A model generated the notes under the pieces. It ran no database searches. It worked only from the letters and a program-made list of their open reading frames with translations, and was not told the origin of the DNA. DNA of 64,000 nucleotides from an uncultured virus (IMG/VR IMGVR_UViG_3300022555_000012) (taxonomy: Duplodnaviria; Heunggongvirae; Uroviricota; Caudoviricetes): IMG/VR virus record IMGVR_UViG_3300022555_000012, one strand, 5' to 3'. Below, in pieces: positions 62,231 through 64,000 of this stretch (position 1 is its first letter; each line of letters opens with the position of its first letter). Made by a program: the position numbers and the translations under genes.

Positions 62231-63106
62231 TTAAGATAAACCCAAAACATACACCGCAACTTGCCGACGATACTCCCTATAAGTCACGGCATCAACTGCT
62301 GACCCAATAAATCTTTTTACTGTCTGTAACTCCATATCTTGCTCTTTAACAAAGAAATCATAAATAAGCGGAAGGATATCGTTCTTCCATTGACCAAAGA
62401 ACGTCTGATAGGTTGTTGAAAGTCCTTTCCGAACCATATTCGCATAAACATCATTCTTCATGTCAACTTGACCTGTCTGAACCGCCTCCAACCACTTGCT
62501 GAAAATATCTTTCTTCACCGGGTTGTTTAATTTCGAAATAACGTAACTCTTCAGATCCCGGATAATCTCCCTGGCGTGACTCCAGTCAACACTCTGATTT
62601 TGTCTCTCTTGGAGATTGTAAACATTCGTGTCCCGGTTCTCAGTTATCGTTTCTGGTGAAAGTCTTATTCTCTCCCGAACTTGTTGTGATACAGCATTCT
62701 TAACCACTGAATTCCAAAATTTGAGATACCCGTCTCCACCACTTCCCACATCAAAGTGTCCTAATGCGTCATAAAGAGTATTCCCACCGGAAACCAGAGG
62801 CTTTACGAACCTCATCAAAACAAACTGCTGGAAATCCTCAATCTCGTCCGGACTTAATCCACTTTTGCTTATATACCATTCCGTGACTTGTCGAAGTTGA
62901 CTCCCAGGCCTATTACTTTTCGGATTTGACTTATCAAGTATTTGTTCGTATCCCGCCACCAATTTTTCAAAATTTGGAAGATCCGGATGTTCTCTCAACT
63001 TCGGAAGTATCTTTTCCTCGATAAACTTCCGAGCAAAGACACCAAGATCCCAGTCAGATAAACTGGAAACTATCGACTTTCGTATTGATGCCCAGATCGG
63101 AATCAT
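62231..63106 (-). CDS. hypothetical helical protein, paralog of the adjacent gene (possibly sigma-like)
   Basis: Shares F.KPLV.GG, DMKNDVY, TTYQ.F..QW and EYRRQVA with the ORF at 63103. Confidence 0.7.
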   Translation of the reverse strand: MIPIWASIRKSIVSSLSDWDLGVFARKFIEEKILPKLREHPDLPNFEKLVAGYEQILDKSNPKSNRPGSQLRQVTEWYISKSGLSPDEIEDFQQFVLMRFVKPLVSGGNTLYDALGHFDVGSGGDGYLKFWNSVVKNAVSQQVRERIRLSPETITENRDTNVYNLQERQNQSVDWSHAREIIRDLKSYVISKLNNPVKKDIFSKWLEAVQTGQVDMKNDVYANMVRKGLSTTYQTFFGQWKNDILPLIYDFFVKEQDMELQTVKRFIGSAVDAVTYREYRRQVAVYVLGLS

Positions 63107-64000
63107 TCCCCGGCCTCAATCTGTGCCCGGAGAATTCCACCAATCATCCACTTCGCCACTTGCCGACGATATTCCACCTGAGTCACAGCCTCAATAATGT
63201 CCGACCCGACATACCTCCGAACAACCGCCGGGTCCATGTCCATCTCATCAACGAAAAACCTCACAATCGTAGGATACACATTCGCTCTCCATTGATCTGC
63301 GAATGACTGGTATGTGGTCGTCAAACCATCTTTGACCATTTCCTGATACACATCATTCTTCATGTCAATGTCATTGACAGCTCCCTTGTCCATCGCAAAT
63401 TCCAACCACCGATTAAACATATCCACAAACTTCGGATTGTGAAGTTTCGGCTTAACATAAACTCCCAAGTCTCGAAGCATTGGTGCAACCTTTGACTCAT
63501 CAAACGGTTCCGCATTCCCCGGAATCTGAGCAACAGGATCAAGCTCATCACCTTCCTCATTGTGCTTCAAATCAAAAGTCTTTTCCTTGTGCAGTCTCAA
63601 AGTCTCCCGAATACGCCAGGTCACACGCTTGTCCACCATACTCATCCAGAGCTTATTCAATGACAAAGGCCCACCCTCGATATGGAATGACTGACGAAGA
63701 TTGTCCATCATATCCTTACCACCCTCAACCAGGGGCTTTAAAAAGTCCATCGCCAACATCTGCATCAAATCTTCCATCTCATCATCACCCATCCCCGATC
63801 GCTGTGCCTTGCTCCTGATGATATTTGATGCCGTCTTGGTATAAATCTTTCCCTCTTGGCTCCGAGGATCGGCATACTTCTGATATTCATCAAGAAGTCC
63901 TGTCAATCGATTCTCTTCTTCCTCGGTCCTGGCCATCCCTAATTGATCTTTAAGTGTCGGAATGACATCCTTTTGAATGAACTGCTGGGCGATAATCCCA
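63103..64000 (-). CDS. hypothetical helical protein (paralog); frame stays open past the window end
   Basis: In-frame GIIAQQFIQKDVIPTLKDQLG upstream of MARTEE matches the paralog's N-terminal region. Confidence 0.7.
   Translation of the reverse strand, partial: GIIAQQFIQKDVIPTLKDQLGMARTEEEENRLTGLLDEYQKYADPRSQEGKIYTKTASNIIRSKAQRSGMGDDEMEDLMQMLAMDFLKPLVEGGKDMMDNLRQSFHIEGGPLSLNKLWMSMVDKRVTWRIRETLRLHKEKTFDLKHNEEGDELDPVAQIPGNAEPFDESKVAPMLRDLGVYVKPKLHNPKFVDMFNRWLEFAMDKGAVNDIDMKNDVYQEMVKDGLTTTYQSFADQWRANVYPTIVRFFVDEMDMDPAVVRRYVGSDIIEAVTQVEYRRQVAKWMIGGILRAQIEAGE

Noticed and set aside
288..63818. Numerous + strand ORFs in the ORF track
   Set aside because: They are shadows of minus-strand genes or RNAs with no recognisable motifs; only 37253-37942 is supported.

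Overview
This window looks like part of a large (jumbo-type) bacteriophage genome, read with the standard genetic code and almost entirely on the minus strand. 1-26 kb holds densely packed small hypothetical genes, many driven by a repeated bipartite promoter-like motif (TTCCGTAT-N15-GCAATG, 13 copies). 26.7-48.1 kb is a tRNA/ncRNA island with 26 intact tRNAs, several broken tRNA remnants, free-standing homing-type endonucleases and several unexplained structured non-coding segments. 48-64 kb holds a cysteine desulfurase, a patatin, three tandem C5 DNA methyltransferases, four ParB-like genes, a glycosyltransferase and a class II ribonucleotide reductase. Three things stand out. (1) Endonuclease cassettes sit inside a broken tRNA gene and carry a diverged intact replacement tRNA of the same type: Arg-CCT, Pro-TGG and probably Ala-CGC, with endonuclease-free relics for Arg-ACG and Thr. 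(2) Four circularly permuted, anticodon-less tRNA-like elements occur, one embedded in the first of three tandem covarying stem RNAs (Y RNA/YrlA-like topology). (3) A metallophosphoesterase is split by an HNH cassette that supplies a new promoter and a recoded N-terminus, joined out of frame by 4 nt and paired to an upstream antisense segment. All calls come from manual reading; no database searches were run.
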